A DNA stretch of 64,000 nucleotides from Protoeuglena noctilucae (Eukaryota). This document shows, piece after piece, positions 19,001 to 32,539 of this stretch (its first letter is position 1; every line of letters starts with the position of its first letter). The notes beneath the pieces are model-generated. The model was given only the letters and a program-made list of their open reading frames with translations, did not search any database and had not been told where the DNA came from. The stretch lies in the NCBI GenBank assembly GCA_958009085.1, contig OY253668.1, positions 124,001 to 188,000 on the forward strand. Direction: 5' to 3'. Made by a program: the position numbers and the translations under genes.

Positions 19001-19208
19001 CGTGCGGAGGCGCAAGCGGAGGCGGCTGGACGCGGCGGCGGCGGCGCGGCGGCGCAAGGAGGCCGCGCGGCGTTTTGCTGCGTGGAACGAGGCGCAAAAC
19101 GCGCCCGGGGCACTCGAGGCCGCACGGGCGAGGGCGCGGGCGCAGACGTCCGCCGACGCCACCTCGCGCATCCAGGGGCTCATGGGCGCCGTCAAGTCCA
19201 TGTCCTGA
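16070..19208 (+). CDS. SIN3: SIN3-like paired amphipathic helix corepressor, C-terminal part (5' part lost in gap)
   Basis: VWRKIYEQNYHKSLD..SFYFKQQ, YVLARLHHHLFERM, FEDDCRTLLGTAAYQ|LFTLDKL, NGLECKMSCSSYKVSYVLDTEDWL are Sin3 C-terminal signature motifs. Apparent indels at ~16118-16147. Confidence 0.93.
17720..17912 (+). repeat. Donor-side exon echoes (4 units) in a SIN3 intron
   Basis: GGCACGGCGGCGTACCAG|gtgaga and variants at ~17722, 17779, 17840 and 17889. Confidence 0.9.
18420..18510 (+). repeat. Intronic (CCCTCACCG)n minisatellite before an acceptor
   Basis: About 7 imperfect 9-mers containing CTCAC upstream of cccgcag at ~18527. Confidence 0.75.
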
Positions 19209-19670
19209 GCCGCCGGGCGCTCCCTGCGAGGCGCCGCAGTGGGCCTCGCACCTCCCGGCATGCCCGACATGCACGGGACGGTCGCCGCGCTCCGTCAGCC
19301 CTTTGACCGAGGGCTGCCCGGGGCCTCCATTCTTTCTTACCGGTGCATCCACGCGCGGCTGAGCTGACCTGCTGGCCCACCCCAGGCCCCCAGCGCGCTC
19401 GCGCTGCTTACTTATCACGTGCCATAGCCCATGCACCCTCGCATAAGTGGGCCTCGAGACTGAACCGAGTCGATGTAATTGAAAGAACGCCATAATGGGA
19501 ACTCGCGAGCGAGGCGCGTAGGTACGGAAGTCTGGGAAAGGGTACGGATGGGGTGGTGGAGGCGTGCGGCGGGTGGTAGGGATTGCGATACGCGCACGGG
19601 AGGCTAAGCAAGGCCTAAACACTGCGCTTAGGATACGAAAGGAGCGCCGACGGTTGCTCGTCGGCACTCA

Positions 19671-22600
19671 TCATTTCTTGTTGCTCATGATGCGCTCCCA
19701 CAGGACCGGGTCGCTGAACAAGTTCAGGCCCAGCGTTGCGCACTCCTGGGCCTTCCCCACCACATCCAGCAGATACACCGTCATCAAGCCCTTGCCCTTG
19801 ACGTCGATCTCGCGCCTGCGGACACAGCACGTCTCAATTGCAGCGCGTCCCGCCGGTCGCCGTCACACTAGCACCGGCCTCACCCTTCCCACGACCCGGC
19901 ATCTCGCAACTGCACCCACCACCACCCCGCTGGCCCCTCCCCGCCCCCGCCCCTCCCCACCTCGTGAACAGCTCCTGGTACTGCTCCGGGAAGTTCAGCC
20001 ACACGTCCTCCGTTGCCTGCACGTGGCTCGGCAGCGAGTTGCTCTCCATGCGGCTCGCCGTGTTGAGCGTGTCGCCCACCAGCGTCATCACCGTGCGCTT
20101 CAGCCCCAGCACCCCGGCCGCCACTGCGGGGGCCAGAGAGACCGGAATGACGCGGGACTCTACCCCCAGCGCCCCCCGCGCTGCCCCCCAGCTGCTGCCA
20201 CACATGCCGCGCCAACCGCACACACCCCCACCAAGCACTCGCCCACCCCACCCTGCGCTCCCCAGCCTCACCCGGACCCGTGTGCAGCCCCACCCGCGCC
20301 TCCAGCTGCTTCACCGTGCCGTCCGGCAGCCGGATCGTCACGTCCCGCACCACGTTGATCAGCGTCACCGCCATCGTCAACGCCGTCACCCGGTGCTTGC
20401 GGTCGTTGCGCAGCAGGTTGGACGCCACGATGTACGCGTCGCCCACTGCGCACGTTAAGCGAGGGGGCCGTGACCCCGCGCCATCCGCGACATGCCATGA
20501 CCGCGCCTGGTGCTCTTGCGCAGCCGATGACCCACGCACAGCTCTGCCACCAGCCCTCCCTCACCAGTCTCGTACTTGTACACGCGCAGGTACGTCGTGA
20601 CCTTGTCCAGGACGCTGAAGATCGAATGCAACGTCACCAGAACCGTCTGGGGATGCAGCGTGCTCGACATGGCCGTGTACCCCACCATATCTGAGAACAT
20701 CATCGTCACCTGCAGGGGCGTGGAGGTGATCAAATACGTCATAGGAGCGCCTTCGGTGCACTCCATACTTCCAGCAACCACCCTGCTTCCCGTTTCGCAA
20801 TGCAGCACCTCTCACTGTCCCTGTGCCCCTCTCTCACCTCCGAGTGCTCCTTGTAGTACGTCAGCGGCACCGTCTCCACGCCCACCGCCCCGCACGCCGA
20901 CGTGATCTCCGGCATTACCGTGAACGAGCTCCCGCTCCGACCCACCGACATCACCCCGGACGTCCGGTCTGACCCCATCGAGCCCCCCAGAGCGCCGCTC
21001 GACACCGTCGACGTCTGGCCTGCGCAGGGTGCAGTGTCAAAACAGCGTCAGGGAAGTAGCATAGCAGCGACTGGCTGGCGTGTGCCCATTGCACGGCCCC
21101 GCCACCACAGCTGCACCGCCGCCCCACAGGCCCTGCACCCCACCTCGCGGGCTCAGCACGCGACTCAAGCCTTCCGGTCCCATGTTTGCCAGCTCCTCGA
21201 ACGTGTCCCCCTCCTCCCCCGCCGCCACCGAGTCGTCCGGGCCTGACTTGATCACCCCGCGGCTGCTGCCCTTGTTGCTGGCGTTCCTGCGGGGCGGTGT
21301 TGGGCGGCGCTGGATGCGTCACGCCCTGGCCTGGGCCGCAAAGGCTTTGGCCAGTGCCATAACAGTGCCATGACGGACCGTAGACATCGTCGCTCTCCCC
21401 CTTGCCACCCCTGCCGCCCTGCCGCCCTCACCTGTCGTGGCTGCCCACCGTCTTGGACGACCCCGGCAGCCCCGTCGGTGCCCCGTTCCCCCCGTCCGTC
21501 ACGTGCGCCTGCTCCTTGGCGAACTTTAGGATCAGCGCGTCCGCCACCTCCCGCGGCACAATGTCGCCCAGCAGGGCGTCACGCTGCTGCACCGTCACCC
21601 GGCTCAGCCGGATGCCCACCGCCAGCACCAGGCACGTGGTGAAGATGAGCCACGTGGGCACGGCCACGTCAAACCACGCCGACGTGCTGGATGTCAGCGA
21701 ATTGTCGGTAGATGACGCACTCCCAGGCTCTATCGTGACCAGGACAAGTTGGTAGCAGGCCAGGGAGATGCCCATGGGCATGATGATCCACATGGCAATG
21801 GTCAGCACCCGCAGCACGGCCACCTCGTCGTCGCTGAAGCGCAGGAAGCGCCCGAACATGCACCCCATGGACCTCCCGTGGCTGTGCTCGTCCAGGGCCC
21901 TGCCGGACGACGCTGCCTCCAGCATGGCCCGGCGGCACCTCCGGCACTGGCACTGGCGCGCCGCGATGGCCTGGCCCCTCGACGCCTGCGTCGTGGCCCC
22001 TGAGTGGCCCCGCGCGACCTGCCGGCGCATGGTGATGGCCTGCGTGACCGCGGTGCGCGGGTCCACCTCCTCCTCCTGGGTCCTCGGGGAGAAGAAGAGG
22101 AAGAACCACGTGCAGAGCTTGGCAAACAAGAAGGAGATGAGCGGGGCGCGGATAATAGAAGACGCGCCGTGCCAGCCCATGACGACGTCCTTCGCGGCCT
22201 GCCCCGCCAGGAGGATGAGGATGCCGGCAATCCACGTGTCGTGGCCCATTCGGGGCCCCAGGGGCGATGCCGTGGCGGCCAAGAAGAGGCCCCACATGAG
22301 CGAGAGGACGACGCTGCGGGAGATGACGCTGGAGAAGGACATGCCCAGCGACTCCATGTCGCCCTTCATGGCGACACCGACCATGGCCTCGGTGGGCAGG
22401 CGGAGGAACTCGGCCATGATGACGGCCGCGTCCAGGTACGGCAGGTGCCGGATCCACCAGCGGGAGGCTTTCGGCAGCATGACGCACACGGCCGTGGCGC
22501 CCAGGGAGCCCGCCTCGATCCAAAAGAGCTGCGCGGCACGCCCGGGCGAGCACGGTCAGGAGCAACCCCTTGCGGCCCGCAAGGTGGCGGCGGGCCTTTT

Positions 22601-23709
22601 CAGCTTGCTCACCACTGTCTGGATGAAGAAGCCCGCATTTGCCGCGGCGAAGGGCGTTTGGGGGATGTTGAAAATAATTGCCCTCTTCTCTTGCGTCGGG
22701 TTGGCCAGGCTCACCTGGGAGCAGCAAAGGAGGGCGGGTGGGACACGGCATGCGAAAAGAGCGACAGCGTGCTGCAGAGACATCGTGCCGCGGGCATCTC
22801 ACGATGAGCACGACCAGCAGCACGAGCACGTGGATGATCCAGGCACGAAGGGGCGTGTCCATGACGAAGCCCGACTGCAGGCCCTTCACCACCAGGTCTG
22901 CGGGAAGGCGTGGCAGGCCGAAGAGTGATCGCCTGATGCCTTGTCGCCATTGCAAGGGACTGCGAAGCTCGTGCCTCGTGTCTCACCGATGTCTCCCCCG
23001 ACCAGCTGCCCCTTGAACCACTGTGCGATCTTTCTCTTCATGTAGTGCTTCCAGCGCAGCCATAACTGGAACTGGCTCTCGGGGAGTGGTCGCTTGTGGA
23101 GCTGTCCCGAGTGCGTGTGACTCTCCCACGCCGACTGCTCGGTGGAGGCGAGAGCGTTGCCAGGGACGCCTCCATCCCTGCGGCGTGACGCAGAAGGGTG
23201 CGGGTGTTCTGGAGGACGCCCCCCTTTTGCCACCGCAACATCGCGGCAACATCCCCTTGGTGCCAGCAAAGCGCAAGATAGGTGCAGGACGTAAGCCGAC
23301 TCAAGAGCGCCTGCAGCGCGCTGCTCGAATGTCGCAGTACTCACATGTCTCCCAGCGGGGGCCACGACTTCTCCGCGGACGAGCTGGGCCTGTCTCTTGC
23401 GTCATCATCTGTTCTCCGCCCCTCGGTGTCTGCGGGCGACGCGTCCTGCGCAGGAGGACACGTGCGTTTGTGGGACGTGCGAGTCTTGTAAGGGCAGCCC
23501 GCTGCGCACGCGAGGTTTAACGGGACCGTCCTTCTACTATGCGTCTCCGGCAAACGAACCTTGTCCAGGTCTACGGGCGTGAGGTTCGCCTCCTCCCCCC
23601 TGGGCCCGGGGGCAAAGTTGACGGCCGTCTGCGGCCTACGGGACGGCCTCGCAGCCTCATCCGACGTTGATGCCGTGATGCTCCCACCCTCCGCGGGAGC
23701 GACCTTCAT
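19671..23709 (-). CDS. Membrane-bound class III adenylyl/guanylyl cyclase (multi-TM N-terminus, C-terminal catalytic domain)
   Basis: MMFSDMVGYTAMS, YKYET|VGDAYIV, RVGLHTGP|VAAGVLG, LVGDTLNTASRMES, REIDVKGKGLMTVYLL; hydrophobic segments in 21428-22900. Start uncertain. Confidence 0.9.
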
Positions 23710-23890
23710 TCCGGCTTGTGGCGCGAGCCCCGCGCCACGCGTCCCGACGAACAGACCGTCCCAAGCGCTCTGGGAAGTTCAATCACCTCCCAAACACGCA
23801 CACGTTGAAGGGAATTCGTGTTTCGGACGCGCGGGCGCAAACCTTCGCGAAATTTGTCGCTACTGTTTTCTGACCGGGTAGGGTAGGGTA

Positions 23891-26800
23891 CTAAAGGTAC
23901 AGCGACGCCGCGAACACGATGTCGCGCTTGATGTGCTCATTGCACGCCCTCAGCCTCTCCGCGAGGGCCACGTCCCCGACGGCATCGCATGCCTGGGCCA
24001 GCTGGCGCAGGAGCTCCTCCAGCCTTCGGATCGCGCGCACCATGGACCCCTCGAACACGTCAGCCATCTTGAGCACCTCAGCGAAGCGCGAACCCCGATA
24101 CCACGCCAGCACGGCCTGGGAAGCGCAGCAGGGATGATAGATAGAGTGAGCAGCAGCAGCAGCAGCGCAGAAACGGCCCCGACGGCGGCGGCGGATCACT
24201 GCGAATCGCATACCTCCATAAGGTCGGGGCGGAAGGACTCAACGTACGCGTCCACATCGACGGGCAGCCTACAGTCGGCCTGGACCGTCCCCACGCGGCG
24301 CGCACACTCGCGCAGCGCCGAAAGCGGCGCCTGCAGGTCGGGGCGGACCCGAGCGGGCGCCTTGCCGGCCCGCTCGGTCCACACGAGGCACGACAGCAGA
24401 GCGACGGCCAGGTCGTCGGGCAAGTCGCCCAGGGCGCCCGAGAAGAGGAGCTGCGGGAGCACGATGAGGTCCGTGAGCCCGATGGCCAGGGCCTGGCCAT
24501 CCGTCAGCGTGCGCAAGTCGAACAAAATGCCATGCTGATTCTTATGCGCCGCGCCCGCACCTCAGTGGCCACGAGTTCGTCCGCGGACGCGACCTCTGCC
24601 GCGGCGCGCCCTTTGAGCGTCACGACGCGCGCGTCGTCGAGGAAACCCAGCCGGACCAGGACTCGCGTGCGGGCATGAAGCTCGTCCTTCATGATGAGCG
24701 CCTTGGCCGCCTGCGGTGCGCGCGGGGCAAGCGGCTGAGGAGGGCACGCCACGAACGCGACCCACGGGGTCACGCATGCTGTCACCACGTCAGGGTGTCA
24801 CCTTGGCTTGCTTCTTGAGCTCCCTGAGCTGCTGTTTGAGCATCCTCTTCTCCGCCAGCAGCTGGAGCCTGGAGGGCAGGTCCTCCGCCCCTGCAGCCAG
24901 CGGCAGGAGTTGCATTGAATGCGGCAATGCCTGCCTCCGCCGCCGGCGTACCCTGGGTACCTGTGCCGTGCCTTGTGCGTTGAACCAGCGCACGATGGAC
25001 AACCTCATCGCCTCTCACCGGCCACCGGGTTGGCGTCCAGCACCTCCTCGAGCTCCTTCCGTGCTTTGCGGTGGCGCCGCCACTGCTTGGCGTCCACCTT
25101 CATGTCGTCCGCCGGGTCGAGCAGCGGCACGGACTTCTCCCCCGCGAATCGCCGCTGCACCTCCGCCACGGACTTGAGAGCCAGCGCGCGGGACTCCTGT
25201 GGTTACGAGGTAGCCACGACACGCATGTGGGGCCACGCGGGAGGACCTGGTCTCGCTTGATGCGAATAGTGATGAACGTGGAGACGAGCGTGGGGAGGCA
25301 CACAAGGTGGCAATCGAGAAATGGCACGTTAATTGTCACGTGCATGGCTAGGGCTTCACCTGCGCTCGGAGGTCCTTGGGGATGTAGACGCGGACAGCGC
25401 TGAGTCGGCCCAGGCAGGACAGCCGCACGGGCGTGACGACGGGCACCCCGTCACCGCAGCCGGCATCCACGGGGACGGGCGCACGCGCGGCACGGCCCTG
25501 GTCCCTCGAGTCGACCCCCACGGAGTCTGCCCGGCACATGACCAGCACGTCCACCACATAGTTGGCCGGGTCTCTCTTGTCCACCTGCCAGCACAAGCAC
25601 AAGTACTATCATTGGGGGTTGACAAGGATGAGGCCTGATTCCCACCCCACTGCACCCACACGCACATGCACCCACACCCCACCACGCACACAACCACGCT
25701 CACCTGCTCCGCCCCATCACCCTCCTCCCCATCCCCGCCTCCCGCTCCCTCTCCCTCGCCCCCCCGCTTGCGTTTCTTCCCCGGCGCCCCCGCCCCATTC
25801 CCCAGAAGCTCAAAGTTGACCACCACGCCCCACACGCGCTCCTCCCGCACAGCCGCTCCCCGCAGCCCCTGCGCCGCGCTGGGCCCCGCCCCCCGCTCGC
25901 TCACGATCCGCGCCACCTGCGCCGCCGCCCCGGTCTCCCCGCTTTCGTCCCACCGGCACGCCACCTCCACGAGCCTTCCCGGCTGCAGGAAGGGCAGCGC
26001 GGCCCTGGGCTGCGTCACCATGTCCCTCTCCTCGTAGCTGTGCAGCACGAGCTGGTGCAGCGTGTCCAGGAAGAGCGCGCACGCGTCCTCCTCCTCCACC
26101 TGGGGGTGGATGGGAGTGTCTGTGGCTGTGACTGTGAGTGACTAATAGTCAATCGTAGTAGACAGATGATGGAAAGAAGCAGTCAGGAGTCACGAATTAG
26201 TAACAGTGATACATAGCAGCAAGGGAAGGTTGCTTTTTTCGATAAGTGCCATCTCGGCACACGCACGGGGGAGCCGTGAGCTGTGCAACGTCTTATCGCC
26301 CATGTGCCACGTGCCTGGCACTGCTCGGCCCGCTGGGACAGCTCAACGATGCGCTTCTCGATGGCGGGGAGGGCGCGCTCCGTCTGAAACTGCCTGCGGG
26401 TGCGAGTACACGAAAACAGTCGCGATGCCAGGGTTGTGGCTGACACCCCGCACCTGTCCCATGCAACCATCCATCCACACCAAGCACCGCCACCCTCACC
26501 GGAAGGACCGCCGCATGAGGCTCTCTGGGTCGTTGCCCTCCAGGCGCATCATGTTGAGCAGCATGTTGTAGCCCAGATGGAACTCAGACCACAGCAGGTC
26601 CGGCGCACCCTTGACCATATCCCGGCACACGGCTGGCTCCATCTTGGCGTCCAGCATCAGGATGACCACGCCGCGGTCGTCCAGGCCGCGGCGACCGGCA
26701 CGGCCAGACATCTGGGGGCACAGGGAGAGCGGGTGGGGGGTTGCAGAATGGGGGTGTGGTGTGGTGCAGGGTGGGGGTGTGGCGCAGGGCGGGGGTATGG

Positions 26801-29504
26801 TATGTTGCAGAGCGGTCGTGGTGCGGACGATCAACTCCGCTCAAGGCCATGGATGCGCGTCATTGCAATGACTGTACTCAATTCACCACAAGTACTCTAT
26901 TCATCGCCACTCACCTGGATGTACTCCCCCGACGTGATCCACCGGAAGGCCCCCCCGTCGAACTTGCGAGGGCTGGTGAAGACGACCGTCTTGGCGGGCA
27001 TGTTGAGCCCTGTAGACATGGTCTCTGTGGCGAAGAGGGCCTTGAGGAGACCCTCCTGGAAGAGAATCTGGAGAGGGCGGGGACGGGGAGGGCCGTGAGA
27101 AGCGATGGGTGTGGAGGGAGCAGCCTCACCTCACATGGCTGCTTATCTGCTTCATCTATCATTGTTCATTTCCTATTGAGGATCTCTCACCTCGACGACC
27201 TCCTTCAGGATGGGCAGCAGCCCCGAGTGGTGCACGCCCACACCCCTCCTTAGCATGTGCAGCAGACCCGACACCTGGGGCAGCTTGCGGTCCTCCGGGC
27301 TCAGGCAGTCCAGGGCGTTCCAAAACACAGCCTGGGATTTCAAGAGAACGAGAGTGCTCACATGCAGCTCACATACAGCTTGGGGCTCACAAGCCCAATG
27401 GACCGTGACGAGAGCCATCGATGTTAACCCTAGCCAGGGCGGGTCTCACGTCCGCCATGCAAGTGCTCCCCTCTACTGTCCTCTCTTCACCTCCACCAGC
27501 CTCTTCTCCTCATCAGCACAACCCTCTCCTCCCCTCACCTCCACCAGCCTCTTTTCCTCGTCAGAGTTCAAGTCCAGGTTGGTCGTCTGCCCCGCCAGCG
27601 CCTCCACCCGGCGCTTGGAGAAAGCAAACACGATGACCGGGTCGTAGTTTCGTTCCATGATCATCCGCACGATCTTGTGGATGTCGCCACGCGCGTCCGA
27701 CCCCTTCTTCTCCTTCTCTGTGGCATACGCACGCACGGCCAACCACGTTGCCTGCCCCAGACATTGCACCACCAGCCCCGCAACTTGCCCCACACAAAAC
27801 CAGGTCCTTTGGGCTCTATCCTCGCCATCACACCTCCCACGTCCCATGCTACGCCGCACAACCTTCTCCCACGACGCACTGACACGCCACCCGACATGCC
27901 CACACCCACACCACCCCTCACCCTGTCGCTTGGTGTCCGTGACGGCTGCCTCTGACATCTCCGCGATGGCCTTTTGGAAGTTGTCCTCACGGAAATTCGA
28001 CTTCTCGTCCACCACCAGGTACAGGCCGTCGCTGCCTGAGGGATGCACGTAGTGCTGCGGAGGGGTGGGGGTAAGCGAGGCGATTGAGGCGGGGTGAACG
28101 CGAGGGAACACAGCGTGGTGGGGAAGGAAGTTGTCTACAGGTCGTCTGCGTGGTACATTGATGAGTTCAGAACACGCTCACTGCTTTTCCGCATGATGTG
28201 CTCCACCTGTACCCCACCACTAGTCATTGCCCCACGCACACCCCGCCCCTACCCGTCGAGCTGCCGCCCTCTTGCCTGCAGCGGCGTCGGCCTGTAGTCC
28301 GTGTACACGACGTGGCAGGGGCTCCCATGCGAGCGCGTGACCCACTCGGCGAACTCCCGGGCGTTGGGAATGGTGGCGGACAGAAAGGCGAACCGCACAC
28401 TCGGGGGCGCAAGCACAATCGACTCCTCCCACACCACGCCACGCTCGCGGTCCCGCAGGTAGTGGATCTCGTCGTACACCACGAGCCTGAGGGCGGAGGC
28501 GGGCGCAAAACGCGTGGGTAGAGCGCAGGAGCGAACGGTCTGCTTGGTCAAGGCGAGGGGCGAGAGTGCAAACGCGTGCAACGCAAGTGTGCTAAGCTGG
28601 CGTGTTCCCACCAGTCCGGCTCTGGTCTCTCTCTCTCGCCTGATCTGTCGGACGAGGTCGGAGCCGTTGTATAGCATGCTCCGGAGAATTTCCGTGGTCA
28701 TCACGAGGCAGTGGGCGTCGGGGTTGATAGTCACGTCGCCCGTCATGAGGCCCACGTCGCCGAACTCCTCCTGAAGCTCCCGGTATTTCTGGTTGCTCAG
28801 AGCCTTGAGCGGAGACGTGTACACCGCGCGGAAGTTGTCGCGCATGGCCATCGCGAACGCGTACTGCGCCACCACCGTCTTGCCGGCCGACGTGTGCGCC
28901 GCGACTAGCACAGAGTGGCCGGTCTCCAGCGCATTGATCGCTGCGTTGCAAGGGAAAGCGACGCGGCGGGTCGGGGTTTCCTTAAAACGCACCTCCTGCC
29001 AAAGTGCAGCCAGGTCCGGGGGCGGCGCGCGGCGCGCATATACCGGCGCTCTCTGCGGTGTAGACGCACCTACATCCTGAAAAGGATCGATCTGGAACGC
29101 GTACTCCTTCGCGGGAGGCCCAGGACGCGGTGGAGGAGGCCCGGTAGGCGCGTCGCTGAACTCGGGCGCCTCGGGGTACACCACCTCGTGCGTGCACCGC
29201 TTCTCGCCGCGCTCGATCACATTCTTTCCCGTGGAGAGGAACAGCGACTCCACGGCGTCGAATGCCAGACCTGCGCGGCGCTGAACGACCGTTCCCAAGT
29301 ACGCCGGCCGGCACGATCCATGCCGGCGCGCCGCTGCGGCGAGCCAGAGCCAGAGGCAGCTTCGTGCCCGCTGCACTGTGCGTTGTGCTTACCGGCAATG
29401 TCCCGCGCCGGGGCGACCTCGTCAGCGAGCTGCACGCGCCCATTCCCATCCTTTGCGGCGTCTTTTTCCTTGCGCCCCTTCGAGGAGCCCTCCGGAGGCC
29501 CCAT
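23891..29504 (-). CDS. MTR4: DExH-box RNA helicase MTR4/HEN2 (exosome cofactor)
   Basis: [128 protein letters not shown]. Confidence 0.96.
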
Positions 29505-29770
29505 GAGGCTTGTGACACTGACGACCGATGCCTGGCAAGCTATACTTTGGTTGTTTCGGCTTCAGTCGAGTTTCACGGAGCAAGCCGACGCTGTTACGCC
29601 TCCTAGGTCTGCCACAACGACGTCCGCAACTAGGGATATCGGGAAGGAATTGCAAATACGCCGCTCATAGACACGCGCATGTGGGGCGGGCTAAGGCACA
29701 CTGGTAGGGTTAGGGCGCCGTGACGCCAGTTCGTCGAGTCATGTGGTCGTCGGACCCAAGCAGATGGGCC

Positions 29771-31445
29771 TCAGCTGCGGACCGTGGGGACCGTCGGGCG
29801 CCTGACGTGGGGCCGGGTGACGCTCGCTGCACTGGTAGGGGCCTGGACGGAAGGGCCAGCGCTGCGCCTGCCGCCGCCGCTCCGGCCACAGGCGCTGGCC
29901 ACAGCTCCCGCGGCCGTGCCGAGGCGCTGCAGCGAAGACGCGAAGCCCAGGAACGCCCCGGAGACCCCCGCCTCCGCCACCTCGAGCAGCCCGCCCGACA
30001 CGGCCACCACGAACGGGGCGGCGACGTGTAAGGCCGTCACGAGCGCGGCCGCCTGCAGCATGCCCCGGTGCCGGGACAGCGACCGGGCCAGCGCGTCGAG
30101 GGGAGTCGCGGCGGCGTCCTCCGCCGGCTCCTCGTGGCCCCGCGGACCCTGACAGCTGGGGCGGGCGTACCTGCGGGCAATGCGGGTACATGGCTGGTCC
30201 TGGGCTCATGGCAGCACCAGCACCCTGACTTGCGGCGCAGGCGCGGCGCAGGGGCGGCCACTCGCCTCACGAGGGCGACGCCCAGGCGCGTCAGGGCGTA
30301 CATGCCGATGAGGCAGCCAGCGTGGAGCAACCCCTGCGCCAGGCGACCCTTAAGTTCGCCCCCGCCGTTGCCCAGGCATCGGGACACCTCCGCCAGCGCC
30401 GCAGGGCACGCTCGGAGAGCAGCTTGGACTCCTGCTAGCAAAGGAAAGGCATGACATGTATCACAAAGACGCACCCTCGCATGTAACAGCGCAGAGCATT
30501 GCCATGATGAGGTCTCACCTGCCGTGACGGTCGCGGCCATCAGGAACGCCTCCGCGCAGAAACCGAGGACCCGGAGCGCGCCGACGCTGTACGCGGTGCG
30601 CGCCACAGCCCGGGAGAAGGCAATCGCCATGCGCACGGTCGCGCGCCAGGCGGGCCCCACGATAGGAAGGCGGGAGAGGAGCCGGTAGCAGCGGCGGAGC
30701 AGGCTCCGAAAGTTCCGCGACTCCGGGCGCGATGCCGCGGCGCCCCACGGCAGCCCGTCTTCGGCTGCCTCCGTCACGGCCAGGAGGCTCGGGGGCCCCG
30801 GGGTTTGGGGCCGCGTGGGGGGCGCGCTGCTGTCCGCGAGCGACCTTCGCTGCCGGGACACCGCGAGAAGTCGGTCCGCCACGCCGGCGCGCTCCTCGCC
30901 TTCGCCCTGCATGGAACGCAACATTACGCGTTGTGCTGTGCTGCTGGCCTCGGCGCATGGCGCACGACCCCTGGCGCCGACGCCCCCGCACCTCCCACCA
31001 CGTCCCCAGCACGTCCGGCTCGATTGACTCGTCATTGGACGACGCGGGCAGCTCCCAGGAGGGCAGCAGGCCCCACCGTCGGGAGATGGGCGCGATGAGT
31101 GGCAGGCAGAGCAGACCCTGCACGGGGCCTTGCACCCCGAGGAGGCCCTTGCCGCGGTAGGGCTCGTGGCAGAGGTCGCACCTCGTCGCGCGGGCCACCT
31201 TGCCCTGCGGCGAAACTGGAACGTGGTCAGCGCACGCAGCACGTCCACATGTGCCGTCCCGAGGACGCGCGCGTGCTCGCCTGAGACACCAGCAGGCGTT
31301 GCCAGCTCTGAAGACAGCTCTTGTGCACCCAGCGGACGGAGCCGCGACAGGCGCAGGGCTCGACGATGTCACTGCAGCTCCCCTCGCCGTAGCAGATGCG
31401 ACACACAGCCTCGGAGTGCTGCTCGGAGCTCCCGCCGACGGTCAT
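29771..31445 (-). CDS. RING-CH (MARCH/DOA10-type) E3 ubiquitin ligase with C-terminal hydrophobic segments
   Basis: CRICYGE..EPCACRGSVRWVHKSCLQSW..|..CDLCHEPY is a C4HC3 RINGv domain; downstream exons are hydrophobic. 3' exon structure approximate. Confidence 0.82.
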
Positions 31446-32539
31446 GGTGACCGGCGCAGCAGCTCAATTGACGACCAAAGAATGCGTTCGACGATTCGGC
31501 CGATCGAGAGATGGACTCGGGGCTGCCCGGTCGCCGCTGCACGCCCTCCACCCTAGACCGCCCCTGGGCGTTGCGGCTGGCCGACCTGGCGTCGGCGGGC
31601 CGCTGGCAGGACAAGAGGACAATGTGAGGAACACCCTGCTTGTTCACGGGCGTCGCGCGATTGGTATTTCGATCGAAAAACGTGCGCAGGCAGGCCAACG
31701 AACACGAGGGGCCGATGCGGCTACGCGAGAAGGCGAGCGGCCCATGCGCTTGGGCGCGCCGAGTAGTGACGTCGCAAACTAACCCACGACCCGTCGAGCG
31801 CGAGGAAACTCGGGTCGCGTGGCCCAACGCAAGTCTGGCACTAAGGACCGACAGCAACGACACGCAAGGAGCGCACCTCCGCAGCCCCCGCTGCGCGCAG
31901 TCTAGCAGCCGGAAATCAAGGGGCCGCAGCGAGGCTCGCCCCGCCTCGGATATTTTTTGCACGAACGCATCCGCCGATCTGAGGGCCCCGCGGACTGCGC
32001 CGTGTCGCCTGTGAGCGAATCCGGCGTTCGTCTTCTTGAGCAGAAGGAGCGCGCCCGGGGAAGGGCAGTCTCTGCGAGCGGGTGAGGGGGTTGTCGATGC
32101 GGCCAAAACGGGCGCAAATCCGCGCGGCCTAAGGTCGCGTTGCTTCCTACGTTTGCATTCATGAGCTATGATGTCGGTGCGCCCGCCTGGGTCGCTATCA
32201 AGGCCATGCTCCGAGCGTCCCGGCGGCCTGCATCATGCCCCACAGCGGGGGCTCCCAGAGATGCCGATGTCATCTAAGGCATCCCACGTGTCGCATCGAC
32301 GAAGGAGCCGCTCACGGGCTGCGGGAACGCCGGCGCCGCAGCCGGCTGTCCCCTGAAATGTCCTTTTTGGGGCCCAATGACCTCCGACCGCTCGAGGCGG
32401 GCCCCGCGCCCGTGCATCATTCGAGCCCCCGTATCGTTTTGCGAGCAGGTCGCGCACGGAGGGCCGGGGTGGCGACTTGGGGGTCGTTGGAGGAGGCTTC
32501 CGCGACCGATCGCCTGGCGGGAGCCGCTTCCCGCGCATC

